A stretch of DNA of 64,000 nt, taken from contig NW_020847378.1 in the NCBI RefSeq assembly GCF_003704095.1, forward strand, positions 62,001 to 126,000. The letters run 5' to 3'. How positions within the stretch are numbered: the stretch's first letter is position 1; each line of letters begins with the position of its first letter. Under the pieces are notes generated by a model. It was not told the origin of the DNA and did no database searches. It saw only the letters and a list, made by a program, of their open reading frames with translations. The position numbers were made by a program, and so were the translations under genes. The stretch comes from Pocillopora damicornis. Its lineage: Eukaryota. Positions 49,701 through 63,549 of the stretch are shown piece by piece.

Positions 49701-51155
49701 TATTCAATAATTGACAATTTTACTGTCTTGGAAAAAAATGTTCTCAAAATCAAATCCGAGAATATAAAATAAGAAGAAACAAATGATCTCCTGTAGCCAC
49801 TACTTGTATACAGCATTTCCCTTTAACACTTTTCTTACCTCAAGAACCATGGAGTTGAATTCTCTTGGAGAGTAGATCTGTTTAGCAACAGCTAATATGG
49901 TTGATGTCTTCCCAGTTCCAGGTGGACCATAAAATAACAGATGGGGCAATCGATCTTCCTCGATAAATCTTTTGACTATTGACAGTTATAATAGAATTAT
50001 TTCATTGACAACACTTGTATCCAAGCATAGACTGAATCATACATCTTACGCCTTAATAATGGTCATAAGATGCATGTTAATTGCACAATAAAGGGGGTAA
50101 GTATCTAAAGAAACTGTGGTGCTGCATTGTTGGGAGAGTATAGCAGGTAATTTAGTATTAACAACTGAGTTGAAAACGTAAATTAGCCACTGTAAAGAGT
50201 GAAAAAGCTGACGTTTGGAGTGTTAGCCCTTCATTCTGTTGAAGGGCTAACTTTTCACTCTCTATACTGGCTAGTTTACATTTTCAACTCAGTTGTTAAC
50301 ACTAAATTACCTAGTTACACAATAGTCTTTAAATAAACAGAAAATGGCAAAAGGCTGACATATCTGCTTGCTCAGTCACGCTGTTATCTTGCATTTCGCC
50401 AAGTTAACTGTTTTTTTGTTGATGAAAACATATAACTGATTCCTAGTTTCTTTCTCAAATTTGTCATAACTGGGTTTAATTGGTAACAGGACTTAACATC
50501 CTCCAATTCTGTTGGTATTCATACTCATGATTAACATATAAAACTCCTAATTCGCAATTGTCCGATTTTCCTAGTCACTCGTACATGTATGATTACAGAC
50601 TGAAATGGACTATTCCTATTATGTAATAACTGGAATAACAAATAATTGTAAGAAACAGTCTGAGATAATCGCTATTCACAAAGCTAACACTGCAGTAAAA
50701 CCTTCCATGTGCTTCTACTGATAACGCAAGGGAGATAAGCTTACTTGTTGTGATGATATCCCGGTGGGAGATTAGATCTTCCAAACTGTTGGGTCTGTAC
50801 TTCTCAACCCTGTTAGGAAATGTTGTATTGAATACATATATTCAACGTCTCTTGTTGACTTCATAGACTGTCACAACGTGATGCAGGAGTAATAAACTCC
50901 ATTCCCCGTTAAATATGACGTCTAAGTTAAAAACAGTGTCCTTGACTCAAACAAAAATATTTCTTTGTGAGTACACAGACTCAAAATGTCCTTTTAGCAT
51001 GTGTTAGCGTCGCTCATAATTCACGATGTATTATCAGCATTGTCAATCAGGGGGAATGCAAATAAGTGAGACATGCTGGACCTACAGACATACGACGATC
51101 TACTTCATATCTCAACTTACCAGGGGAGATTTCGTTTTTGCTCAGGAACGACCAT
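46791..51155 (-). CDS. RFC5: Replication factor C subunit 5, 11 exons, about 330 aa
   Basis: Exons 51121-51155, 50745-50809, 49839-49975, 49450-49529, 49244-49317, 48319-48478, 47950-48031, 47713-47842, 47393-47470, 47137-47191 and 46791-46887 join in frame. Motifs NLPWVEKYRP, GPPGTGKT, LELNASDDRGI, ILDEADAMTQDAQNALRR, QSRC and LKGLALQDIL. Confidence 0.95.
48535..48745. mobile_element. piggyBac-type MITE
   Basis: ttaaccctttaattcc ... ggtgtagaggattaa in an RFC5 intron. Confidence 0.7.
50091..50311. mobile_element. Palindromic hammerhead-bearing non-coding element, copy C
   Basis: Same extension (ggggtaagtatctaaagaaactgtggtgctgc) and palindrome as copies A and B. The minus-strand arm retains gaagggctaacactccaaacgtcagc. 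TSD-like ta(a/g)tt(g/a)cacaata at 50078-50090 and 50312-50324. Confidence 0.78.
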
Positions 51156-52307
51156 TTTATCCAAATCCAAGTTTTGTGATTTCTTGCGAGCCTAGTGTGC
51201 ACGAAATTAAATTCTGGTGGCAAACTGTTTACGATATACCGTTCGTATGATATTTATGTCTTTCGCGAAGATGCTGACCACTTGAAGAGAGGTAAATGAA
51301 GGCGAGTAGATGATAACCAGTCAGTATAAAGAGTCACACAGTCTGCTCAGTTCGCCATGTTTGATTTCCCGCCGATTTCGCGCCATATAACATACGCGTG
51401 CCAAAAAGAATTTAGACCGCTGACATTAAGTTTTGTATTAATCTCGAGCCCAGGGTCATGTTGGCTCCTTGTCAGCGGTAAGGTCGCCAAATGGGATAGT
51501 AACAAGCATTTTCTTTCCTTTTTTTTTTTTTTTTTTTTTTTTTTCATGAATCAAACAGAGAAAAGGAAAGGCTTTTAAATTCGAATTAATGAGTCAGATA
51601 ACTATAAGAGTTGTTCTCTCTGGAAAAGGTGGTTAGATGAGCTCTGAAAAGGCTTATGATTGAGTGTCTTAAATTGACAGAAAACTTTCTCCCAAATTTC
51701 TCAGAGGATTTTGGTTGTTACAGTGAAATATCCTCCTCTTAGGCTCTGTGTTATTTTAATGATCCGCCCTCATTGATAATCAATTTTCTGGAGCCTCCTA
51801 CTTTAGCCTTGATACTCTGTTAGACACTACTGATCCCCATTCCGATCCCCCTGAAAACAGTGTGATCCTCCCAAAATTCTGCAGACACCAGAGTGGTCCC
51901 TTAGTTTCACCCTTCTCTACTTCTCTACAGGCGTGTGTCAATTTTAGTCATGCACCATTCGTTATATTAACGTGTGGAAGCAATGCAGGAATGGGAACCA
52001 TCATTATTACCATGTCAGTGTTAATATTGTAACTGTTTGATGATTGATGATCTCACTATAGAAGCGTATTCACACGTATTGATTGCCAAGGTCATTTCAT
52101 TGATCATGAACAAGGTATACTGGGTAGGCCCATATTATTTTCATGTGCTTTTTAAACAGCTTCTTTCCAACAATGGGTATAAGAAACTGAAAGTTACCGG
52201 TTAGTATTAATAAAAAATGTTTGATTCACATACAGAAAAGACCTACATTGGTTAAAACTTCAGAGCTTTTTCTTCCATTATTAGTAGTTATTGCACATGC
52301 ATTTGGT

Positions 52308-52500
52308 CATCATATCCATCAGGATGAGCTTGCTCGGCTTTCCATGACACGTTTCTTCAATTGTAATCTGTCATTCAAAATATTTAGGATTTCTTCACTC
52401 CTGCTTCATCTATCAATCAGTTGGTCGATATGTATTCTCTTTGGGCGTCTTCGTGCGTATTTGCCATGGCTTGGTCCCCAGAGTAGTGCATCTACATTTG
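52308..52500 (-). mobile_element. Decayed 3' end of a non-LTR retrotransposon (RTE-like)
   Basis: Translates as LLWGPSHGKYARRRPKRIHIDQLID.*..EEI.NILNDRLQLKKRVMESRASSS*, followed by a tga-rich tail. This resembles the 'W.P.G.R.RGRP...DR..W' C-terminus of RTE-type ORFs. Confidence 0.55.
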
Positions 52501-54267
52501 CTAATGCAAGAAGACTGGGCACTACCTTGAAAGGTGTGTTAAACCTTTGAAAGCAGTCTGAATCTAAGGCTATTTCGACTTGCTTCAATTTCCCCATAAT
52601 GCTAAACTCATCATAAATATAATACTCCTGGAATTGAATCCCTGCTCCCCAATATAATTGCATTGCTAGGATGATACTACGGTCAGCTTCAAAGGTCTAA
52701 TTCTGTACCTCTGTTATTGTCCAAATGATAGCCATATTAAATCATGTTCCGCAAGCTTTCTGAATTTTTCTGGTGAAGAAGGACACAAGAACCTTAAAAG
52801 GTACCATAAAAATGATTACCATTGAAACAAACTTTTACTTTGGAAAATAATTGTTATTAATTTCTAATTGACATGGATATTACATTACATCACTTACATC
52901 TCTCTTACCCTTACTTACTCTCTCACATCTTATTCTTAATTAATCACTTACATCTCTTCTCTTCCATGGTTATAACATGTAGGTTGATGTATCCAGTCCG
53001 AAAAAAGAAAAGAAAATTAATGTAGTTGAATTGGTGTGCATAATTAATATATTTAATATGATCATAGTTACTGGTATGTTCCAACTTTTCATAATGGATT
53101 AATACGTTAGTTATCTCTATATGCTTTCTCACACTAATTTGCAAAGCTTATGACCTTCCTTGAGGGCTGTTACGCCACAACTCCAAAGGTTGCACAGCAT
53201 GGTGAATTGTAAAGTGTTTGGTCTTAATTGACTCAGACACGTGTACGGAAATTTCCATGGATCATTAAGTGAAATGGTTAAATTTAAGATCTTCACTCAT
53301 AGCTGATCCGTGGCTCAGTTAGAAACATGTATAAATAAAATCTCAAAAGAAAGGAAAAATATAAATTTGACCTCAACGATCGGAACTAGGTATTTCTGGA
53401 CCAAATGATATAACCATACCGTTAACTGGTCTTGAAACAACTTCAGTCAATATTGTGCAGGGTGACGCGCGGTGTATTAGCTCTGGCGCGTCATGGCTTG
53501 AGGCGACATCGCAACGGGGCGACCTGACCTATACTCAAATTGAAAGGAGCTAATATAGAGTTCACTTCCTTCTTTTAAAAGTATCGGTCACTCGGAAGTC
53601 CATACTATTCTTACTATACTGAATCGGCTTCCCTTTCTCGGTCAGAAGACAGCATATTTTGTCTTCGTTTTTTATCGTTTCGTTATAACTAAGACTCTGA
53701 ATGATTCAAGCTCACTTTCATTTTTCCAGAAGGTTGTAACTCCTTGGCTCATTTACTTTTCCTTTTACATGGTATTTTCCTTCGCTCGCTCGACGGAATC
53801 GAAAAGTTAACTTCTTGAAAGACAGGACGCGAACTTGTAGCAGCCTAAAACTGATCCATGACTGAATCGCGAAAGAATTTAATTTCAAAATAATGCTTTT
53901 CATGAATGATTAAAGGCACTTCAAGGAAGACAACATAACAGATGCCAAAAAAAAAAGAAAAGAAGAAAGAGGGCTTCCCTTACCCAAATCTCCCTCTTCA
54001 AAAAGAATGGATGCCTCTGTTTTGTTTTGTGTAAGTCTGAAATTCAACTTGCATACAAATGTAATTTCAAATGAGTTAATGCCTTTCTCGTTCTTTCAAA
54101 ATGAAAAGGTATCTTCCTGACGGAGAAAAAAGCTTCGATGAAGTCGTTTTTCTCTTTCTTTGAGTGCAAAGAAAGCATGTTATATTTGCCATTTAAAGCA
54201 ACTTTTTGGGCGCGCTTTCTGTGAATATTGCACATACACTTAACTTAAAGCCTCTGTTCAAGTTATC

Positions 54268-57200
54268 TCAACGAAACCTTGGAGCCTTTAGAAACAAGGC
54301 AAAGAGAGTAGTTACACCAATCAACACGGAGATAATCAGAAACAGTCTATCCAACACACGTGCCGCCTTAATCCACTCCTTTTGGTTCTTTAACATTTGT
54401 GGCGAAAGCTCCGAGTCGTTCGTACTCTGAAAAAGGTCCAAAAGAATAGATGTAGCACCAATGGACGAGCCTCTTTTCTCGGGGCTTTGGCGATGAGTGC
54501 AACAATGATTCCTTGAGGTCTTTCTCCGGGTGTTATTTTGGTAGTTTGAAAATCTTGTTTTTCTTTGGTTTCCAGTATGCCTGGACCTGTTTCCTGATAG
54601 CATGTCGTAAGCTTGGCCATTTGTGTTCTTGTAGTGTGATGTGCCGTTTGCTGAATTGCCAAACTCATTCTTCCTTTCCAATGGGATCCACGGATCGGAA
54701 TATGTGGGAGAAATCTTTGATTTGTCGTGCTCCAAAAGCGATTGCACGAGGAAAAACGAACCTTTTTCGCTATCAGAGTCGCCCTGTTCTCCATTACCAT
54801 TCGCAGTTGACTTGCAATTGGGCGCTTCCACATTTGTTGAAATCACTTCCCAGTCTTTGGCGCTACTTTTTGGGAATACCACTCGAGCCAGCCATTTTAA
54901 TATCACAACCCTCAAAAATTTTGGCATTCGTCGACTGTTACGGTGATAAAAATTTAGTATGAGAGTAGTGACAACCAGGGAAGCGCCTATCTCGATCATA
55001 CAGGCGAAGTAGTATTGCCCAAGCAGTGGAAATCCATACGAAGGCATTAGCTCGGAGCTGAGTTGTTGAAACACAGTCATTGCCAGCAGAACTGTGATAC
55101 TCAGCCCTATTCGTTCACCAGATTCAGGCGGAAGAACAAAACCCAAAAATATCATGGAAGAAATCAGCGAGCATGGAATGATTAACTTCAAAATATAGTC
55201 CAGCGATTCTCGCTGTAGCTGCATCTGTATCGTAACATCAATGAATTCGTGCGGGCAGCATTGATATTTTTGTTTATTTCTTTGAGATTTCAATAGTGTC
55301 AACCTCCATTCTCCGTTCTTGACGTAGTTGTCGTTCATCATACTTCCACCGTGTGCGTGAAGATCTACTTTTGAGCTGTCGAAGGACCATGAACCAAACT
55401 TCAGGGAGCAATCCTGCTCATCGAACGGGAAATACGTTACGTCCACTTTACAAATACTTTTGAAAATAGCGGGGTTAAGCCATGTGCTGTTTCCATCGTG
55501 TGTCATGGCAACGTTGGTTTTGTAAGTAAACTTTCCACCAGCAAAACGGTCTTCTTCATCAACACTGGTAAGAGGGAAAGGAACGACTCTTTGAAAATGA
55601 AGTTGTGTTAATTTTATTATTAAGAAAAATAAATAAAACTGGTTTTCAGACGGTTCTGGTTGGGTCTGTAACCTTGGTTTTCCTGTTTGTTAATTTGAAG
55701 TAAGGTGCTATACGTTAACGTGGCTCTCAGACGGGTGAAGAGTCTATCCTGGTTGTCCTGTTCCTTGCTTTCAATCACTTGAAAATTGCATCTTGAACAA
55801 TACTGCTTAAAGTTTTTAAGATCACCGTTTGCAATCTGTGTCACTTCCTTTTGATCCTAAAACGTCTTTCATCGATTCTTTTTTATATCTCTGCAGTCTA
55901 ATGTTTTGCTGCACTAGTTAGCGACTGAATCAAGTTTCCTCAATATTTCAAAGGCAATGGTATCTGACTCAAAAAATGGTGATGAAGCTCTATTAATTTT
56001 ACCCTCCATCAGATGTTAGGGAATATTCTTCTGTTAACGACGAGATAAATTGCGCACTTTTCAGTTATTTAGACAATTCCACTTACTTGTTGTATAAGAG
56101 GATATCAGGGACCCATACATCGGATGGCTGTATATGAATTTCTTTGATTCCATTGTACTTATTGGGATCCCATCTAAGCTGAGGATTATTCCAGTACTAA
56201 AAAAAACACGAAGGGGAGATTGAAAACTTCTCGCACACGTTTAGTAGTCAACCTCCTAAATGACTGAAATGTTTTTTTAGCATGCAGGAAGAGAAAGAAA
56301 TCGGTCGCATGCGAGAGGCCACCATGGTGAAAATATCAACCAAAAAAAATTGAAATTGAAATGTTGGACTGGCGGTACAAAGGAATGTGGACAAACACGA
56401 AAGGAAAAAAATGGAAAAGAAAGGTAGGGCAACTTAAGACAAGATTCATAAAAATAATTCGCTTGAGTTGGTCATTAAATCAAAGCTGAATCAATGAAAA
56501 CTACCAAACGGATGAAAGGAAATATGACAAGGACTTCATGGAAATTCAACACATAATAACAAAATGTTATAGATGCGCAGCAAAAAGTAAGAAGCTAATT
56601 CGTGATCAATTTGTTTTTATAATAATGATCCGGTTTTCTGGGAGAATCCCGAATAACTTTTGATATTTAATTTAAGAAAAAAATTGCATTAATCTAAGGG
56701 ACTAACTTCTCTCACCTGGTTAACCCAGGCATAAGTCTTGATGAACTGGTCCTTGGCACTCTGAAAAAATCATTGATTTAGAGATTTTAATTAATAAAAG
56801 TGTACAACCTATTCATTGTTGTATTCGAGTTCATCAACCCATGCCAACAGCCAGTCCTCATTTACCTTAAAAGAAGAGAAAAATGACCTACCACATCAAT
56901 TATACGAATGAGTTGGAAATCAAACACGACCTTGACAGCATCAGCCCCTTTGACTGTTGGATGGTTATATTTGTTGTAATTTTTAAATAGGTCTTCGTAC
57001 AGTTGTGTCTCGTTAGATTTGACGGCGCCCTCTGGAACAAAAACGGAAAACTGATGATGATGATTGGCAGTGGGCACTAATACGATAGATAAAGGTAAAG
57101 GTGAACTCTGTACGCAAGCTATGTGGCCCACCCAGTCGAAACTTATCCCAACTTCCTTAGAATGAAGCGACAAGGAGTATCACTATTCCCCCCTCCTGCT

Positions 57201-57626
57201 AGTCCATCGCAAGATTACCCCCCCAGCATTTTACAAGGCCTCACTGACAATTCGCCGGTACTCATTTATACTCCTGTGCCCAGTTGTATCCAGGATAACG
57301 CTAACCAACGGATAAATCACTATCCAGCGGATAAGTGATGGCAATACGTACAGCGTTATCCAATGGATAGAGATTTATCCAGTGGATGGCGTCATCTAAC
57401 CTTCGAAAAACCAGAGCAGGGGTGGAGAGGGGCACTATGAGAATAAAGTGTTTTGTCCTAGAACACACTGACTTGGTCAGGTCTCGAATTCGAATCTCTC
57501 GACTCGGAGTCCAGCGCACTAACAATGAGGCCACCGCGTCTACGGTGACATACCTGTGACATGAAAGATGAATACCAATAGGGGAACAAATTTACCCATT
57601 GAAATCAATGGGTAGCCTGTGAGCAT
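54268..57626 (-). CDS. Nicotinic acetylcholine receptor alpha-type subunit (paralog 2); start codon uncertain
   Basis: Exons 56892-57031, 56716-56760, 56087-56196 and 54268-55564, plus a probable signal-peptide exon ending at 57596. Intron positions match paralog 1. Cys-loop CKVDVTYFPFDEQDC, YQCC, and identical M1-M2. Confidence 0.9.
57092..57541 (-). mobile_element. tRNA-derived SINE with a nested MITE (57277-57418)
   Basis: The minus-strand head agacgcggtggcctcattgttagtgcgctggactccgagtcgagagattcgaattcgagacc carries A/B-box-like motifs, and the tail is (ccttta)n-like. The insert has repeated ttatcca.tggata palindromes. Confidence 0.7.
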
Positions 57627-60600
57627 TGCGTAGACTGCCAGTTGAGACTGTAAGCATCTGAAAGTCAATCGTCCCGGGTCAGATCTGTTGGAAAAAATTG
57701 CAAAATGTACAATCGATTGGATGGTATCTCTTAGCTACCTCTACTTCCAGATCTTGCACCATAGGCCGAATTCTAACTGGCGATATCTTTTTTTAAAATA
57801 TATTTTAACGTAACATACAGAGTCTTCCGTGCAGGCCTTTTTCTTGAGTTCAATAAAGTCCACCCCATTAAGTTATTTTAAGATTCCTTTTTTATGATTC
57901 CAGGAGAATCTGCATATAACCATTCTGCTCATAGAGTCATCTCAAGCAGTATCTAGTCCTATTCATCATAGACCTCGACCTAGAAGAACCATGATAAAAA
58001 AGGCTTAAAATTTAGAGACAAATTTGAAGGATATAGTTTCTTTCTGTAATCTTGTCCTAATGAGAATCTTTATTACGTCTAAGATTGGTACAAGTTTTAT
58101 TTCAATAAAAACTTTTTTCATACACGTATTAATTCCTGCGGCAACATTATTTACACAGGTTAAGTCAGCAAAAGAGCCTGACGGCTCATCTGGCCTTAGG
58201 TTATCCCCATTTTTTAGCTTGAAGGGAACTACTGAGACAAAAAATAAAAATACGTCTATAGGAAGACCCCCTACGGTCTAGGTTACTTGATGTTCAAGAT
58301 GAACAACAAACCAAGCATTTGAAAAGAAACGCATGTCAGCAACGTTACAATCATGTCGCCGCTTGAAACAGTTGAATGCTATATGCCTGTTGATATTCGG
58401 CCCTCAGTTGTAATACTGGTGCTATTAGAGAGTATTCGGTTCAGCGATGTAATCTGTCCCATGAATAAGTCGGCCGTTATAATGCTAATAAACGTTTTCA
58501 AGTATAGTGACACTTTTTGTGACACCACAAATACAACACAAATCAGTATGACCTAGGGCTCATGGAAAACAAACTTAAAGTGTAAGTCACCATGGATAGA
58601 TGAGCAGAAGGGTGCTATTAAAACTCTATGTTTGATGTCTCGGGACTAGCCCCTCCTATAAAATGAACAACCCGTTTTATCCGCGCCAAAGCCAGCCATA
58701 TTTCCGGAGAATGAAATTAAAACGAATTCGAACTGCCTGATACCAATAACAGATGACGCCGGTGTATGTATTCCCAGTTGCCTTGCCGAGGGCAAAAATT
58801 AGCAAGCCCCCATGTTATCTCCATGATAACGGCTAGAGGAAAAAATTATTATATCGGGCTGAGAAAAAGCCAATGTACCCCATTGGAAAGTTACTTAAAT
58901 AAATAAGAAAATAGTGAAGTCGTTACCAAAGTGTTTTCAAAGGACTCACTTATTGGCACCTTGAAAAGTCTTTGATTATGCGATCTTCCTTTTTGAACAC
59001 GTTTTAACACTTCAACATGCCTCTTGCATTACTAATTGTAATTGTAACTTTAAAAAATTGGAGAGCGAAGAAAGTCTGCTTTTCAGTATATTTTCTTCAT
59101 AAATTGTAAATATTTCTCTCAAAATATGGGTTGTAGGACGTGTCACTTGCTTACGAAGGCCTTTTTTTCGAGTTTCGCAAGAACAAATGAAATAGCTGCT
59201 GGCGTTTGTTTTGCCTTTTTCACACCTCCTTGGTTCGTGTTATGCCATCAGACTCAATTACATTTGCCCAATGCTACTACTCGAGATAGTCGTAGGAGCC
59301 GTGAACAGAGGAGTTGAAGTATTCCAATCCAATCAATTCTGAATTCATGTATTATTATAGAGAACTTTTTAACCTCCTTATGCTAAAATAATACTTGTCT
59401 TATAATGAAAGTATAACTAGCAACCTTAATGGCGCAGCGGTGTAACTTTCACAAACGCCATGACAAACAATCATATTATTTTCATATAATAGCTAAAACG
59501 TTGAGCCATGCCAACAAGATTGTTCCTTGAAAAAGTTTCTTTTACTGTGTCAAAAAAAAAAATGTTTTAATTTTCATTTAATGTTTAGAGACAAAACGTA
59601 AAGCGCACTAAATAATTCCCACAACAGGTTGCGTACCTTTTACTTTTTGTGCTCTGCTCTGGTCCAATATATTTTACCAAGGATCTTGCATCATTAGGTG
59701 AATCACGATGTTAAATATCATTTTCATGCAATGATTGTATGCATTATCACTCGCTGTTGGTACTATCTGGCTCCAATGCTAAACAGAATAACATTAATTT
59801 CCTATTAAAATGTCATCCATACATAATTACCATGGCCTCCAGCTGCTCTAATGAAGGCACCAGAGTGGGCGACGCTGTATTCATTTTATAGATCGCTAAA
59901 CTCATTTAAATGTAAATGACACCCATCACTGCAGAAGTGTTGGATACAAAGAAACATATCAAGCAAAAATAAACATCTCAGGGAACAATTTAGTCAATCA
60001 TGTCCACGTTTTTTGGTGTAGAAACCGTAACTTAGTGCTTACTGACTATGCAAGGAAGAGCAGATGAGCAGTTAGATCACGTATTGTTCAAATTTCAAAG
60101 ACTTCATTACAATGTTGTTGTATTAAAGATAGCCTTAAAAGGAAGAAGGCATTGTTCTTTGATGTAAGACTAATATCATATTTTGACCGCCGCCAGAGTC
60201 TAGTAAATAGCTTTTAAGCCACCTCTTTTAGCGTGATAACTGCTTCAAAATCTCAGTTCTTACAGAGACAATAGGTCATTATGAAGGACATTTTATATCT
60301 TTAACTGTCTGCACTCAAAGGTCCACGGAAGCGGGTAGATAAAGAGTAGCAAATGAAACGATTCCACCAGTAATCCTCCACCGATAAAGTACTGTACCGA
60401 TATATCAAATAAACCTTGAGATAAAGTTTACTTTTGAAGGCAATAATTTCTTTGCGACTTGAGGATCATATGAAATCAGAGATTGACTCGGTCTGAGACT
60501 GCAAAAAACCAGAACTTCGAGTAGCCATTAAACTTATTGAAAGGCACTCTCAAAGCTATATGTTTTGTAATCAACAAATTTTGCTCCCCTTCAGTAACCT

Positions 60601-63518
60601 GAGATGGCTCTAAGCGGGACGGTTTTTCCTTTGGGTTACAAATGAATGATAGCTTCTTGATTCCGTAATTCTGTCATGCAGCTGTAATAGAATACTGCAT
60701 GAGATATTTGTAGGTGAGATAACAACACATTAAGATACAATTTTCATTAGCACACATTTAAGAACGCAAAAGATGCCACAGTCGGTGAGTGATGTGTAAA
60801 CCTCACCTGGTGCGTTCTTTTTTGCTTTGAGAGTCGAGATTTTTTTGTTGGAAATATACCACATCGCACACTTGTAGTCATTGCGTGCTCCTCTTGTTTG
60901 GGAGAACGCACGCCCAAAAGGGAACTAAGCCAAAGGGCAGTAGAATAGTCTGCTGTCTGTTGGTAACCGTCACGTATAGATACTAGCTGAACGGATCACG
61001 ATTATGTTAATCGTCAAAACATCCTGAGTTAGGTACAAGGAGAGATTTTACCTTACATCCATAGCTTTGGGTTCAATCCATGGCCAATATGTACAGACTA
61101 TTATTCCTCCCAAAATATTTTAATCAGCTGCACCTTGTGTTCGTCACTTGTAGTGCATTTTGCGCAAATCAGTATATCTATTCAAACTTTATATGCAAGA
61201 GTTTGTTTTAAAATGATGATTAATGGATAAAAGCTGGCGCACTTTCAGGCCATTTTGACTGTGTTGCAAACGTCACTTGAAAACTGACAAATAAATTAAA
61301 GGATGAGTTCTCCATAATTAGTGTAAGCGAAAAAATAAAAAGACTCTCCAAAAGCTGCATACATAGTTGCATAGTTGCAAAAGACCACGAACCGTTTTCA
61401 AATAATAAAAGTGGCCTTACATAGTAACAAGAGATTAGAGATAGCCCACCAACATAAATACCAACTTGTATCTGTACCGTACTTCTTAAAGGTTTTTCAT
61501 AGATATATTCAGATTAGTGGTGTTTATTCATAACAGATCCGTAGTTTTAACAAAGCCTTTTGTTTGAAAGCATTACCAGATAAGTTATATCAAGAGCCTT
61601 TCTCTTCATAAATAAAACAAGTTTTCAGGTTGTCCACGATGTTAAATCGGAAATTTGTAACCAAACTTTGGAAATTTCGGTTTTCATTGAAAGTGGTGGT
61701 ATTCGCTGAATATTTCCGACACAATGTTGCTCAATGTGTGGCTGTTAAAAATGAAATGTTATTCATGTTTATTTAAATTCAAATAACACCCAAATGAGTT
61801 ACTCAAGCCAAGATGGTTATTTATCCATTTTTTAAAAAAGTTTCTTTTTTAATGTCACTATGCAATGGCGATTAGGTGAGAAAATATGCAAATTTTAATT
61901 AAATATTTATTAGCATAAACTGTAGAATGTTCTCACATGATGTCTGTTCACTGAATCGAATTCACTTGAATGCTGGAGAGTCGTTGATCCAAAATTTTGC
62001 TGATCATTTGGACCGAACGGAAGAACGATTTTTTTGAACTGCACTCAAGTAGAAATATTTGCGTCATCTGCACAGGTTGAAATTCAGCTAGGTTTTAGTA
62101 TTAGACAAGTTTTATGCTCTGTTTACAATATAGTAAAATCATGCAGACGAATAGAAATTGGCATTTAAATTAAACTTGCCCGTAATCCTAACTATTGAAA
62201 TTGTGCTCTGATGCTGTTAGATTTTAAGAAATTTAACTACACTCACCATGAAAAATTCTCAATCTGTTTACTTTCCATAGCTTTACAAGAGCGATCGTTG
62301 ATATGTTTTCTTGTGTGCACATTTTATCCTTATTTAATTTTGCACAGAAGTCTGATGGGAGGCAATCCAAATCTAACGAGAACCTAGATCACGTGTGTAG
62401 CCTTGTTGTCTGGGATCGATATGCCCCGCTGAAGCATGCTGTATTCCATTTATGGACTCATAATGCCACAATAATTAGCGGTATTCATATTTTTACCTTA
62501 GCTTTAGCAGATATTTTCCAGACTGCGAGCAGACCCTGCTTTTCGGCGATGTTCTTCGCACGATTAGTAAGAAAATTACGTAATCTGTGCGACTCTCTCC
62601 CAGAGTTTCGAGCACCGCACTAACATCCCTTTTTACCGACTTTTTTCGGATTCATGCGACAGACTTCGTCAAAAAGGGAGACTGCTCGTGATATATTATT
62701 TTCCCTTGTGTCCACTCGGCTAGATAATCTATTTATTTCTTTCATTTTCTAACGCATAAAAGCGTGAACTAAACCGAGTAGTTTTGGAATTCAAAGCGAC
62801 GATTAATTTCCAAAAATTAAAGGGCGAGGAAGAGAGATTAGAATTTCTATTAGGTTGTAGAAGCTGTCAATTAGTTTTTAATAAACCACTGATCTGGTTT
62901 AGAAATTGGATTGGTTTGCCTAGCAAGATGTAAAAGATGGAGCAGCTGATTCAAAATACTTTGAGAGGACAAGTGTTCAAGGAGATGGTTGCTAGGAGGC
63001 ACCAGGTACCTTCAAGTTAAGGATTAACCTAGGATTCAAATTAATTGCACTTGCGCCTTTTATTCACCACATACATCAAGTTGTACTTACCGTTTAATTT
63101 ACCAGTGTCCCGGAAAAAAATGCACAATTAGCTTAAAAAAAGGGATTTCATTGGCTGATATAGGCTGAAAAGTTCGCATAACACGCACAGCTGAACTATA
63201 AACCACTTTCACCCAGCATAGCATGACAATCTTCATCAGATCTATTTATAGTAAAATCAATTATGCAGTTGAAATCTGACTCGATATTGCTCTGTGTTAA
63301 GCAGTAATATAGCCGAGCATAAATTTCTTGAGAAATTCAAAGATGTGCCTTGAACTGACAGATATTTGAAAAAGGTGGCCGGCTTCGCGTTGCTTTGACT
63401 TCAAACTTTGATCCAAGATACAGGTGTTATAAACCTTTGACAAAAATGTGGCAAATTCCGTCTATCCCTTCACGGGCTTCTGTAACCTTTGCCAAAGGAA
63501 GGTAAAGATGTGGGGAGT

Positions 63519-63549
<31 letters not shown>

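Noticed and set aside
52406-52663. 85-aa ORF as a novel small gene
   Set aside because: Its 3' half is a decayed LINE C-terminus with an in-frame stop, and there is no splice or promoter support.
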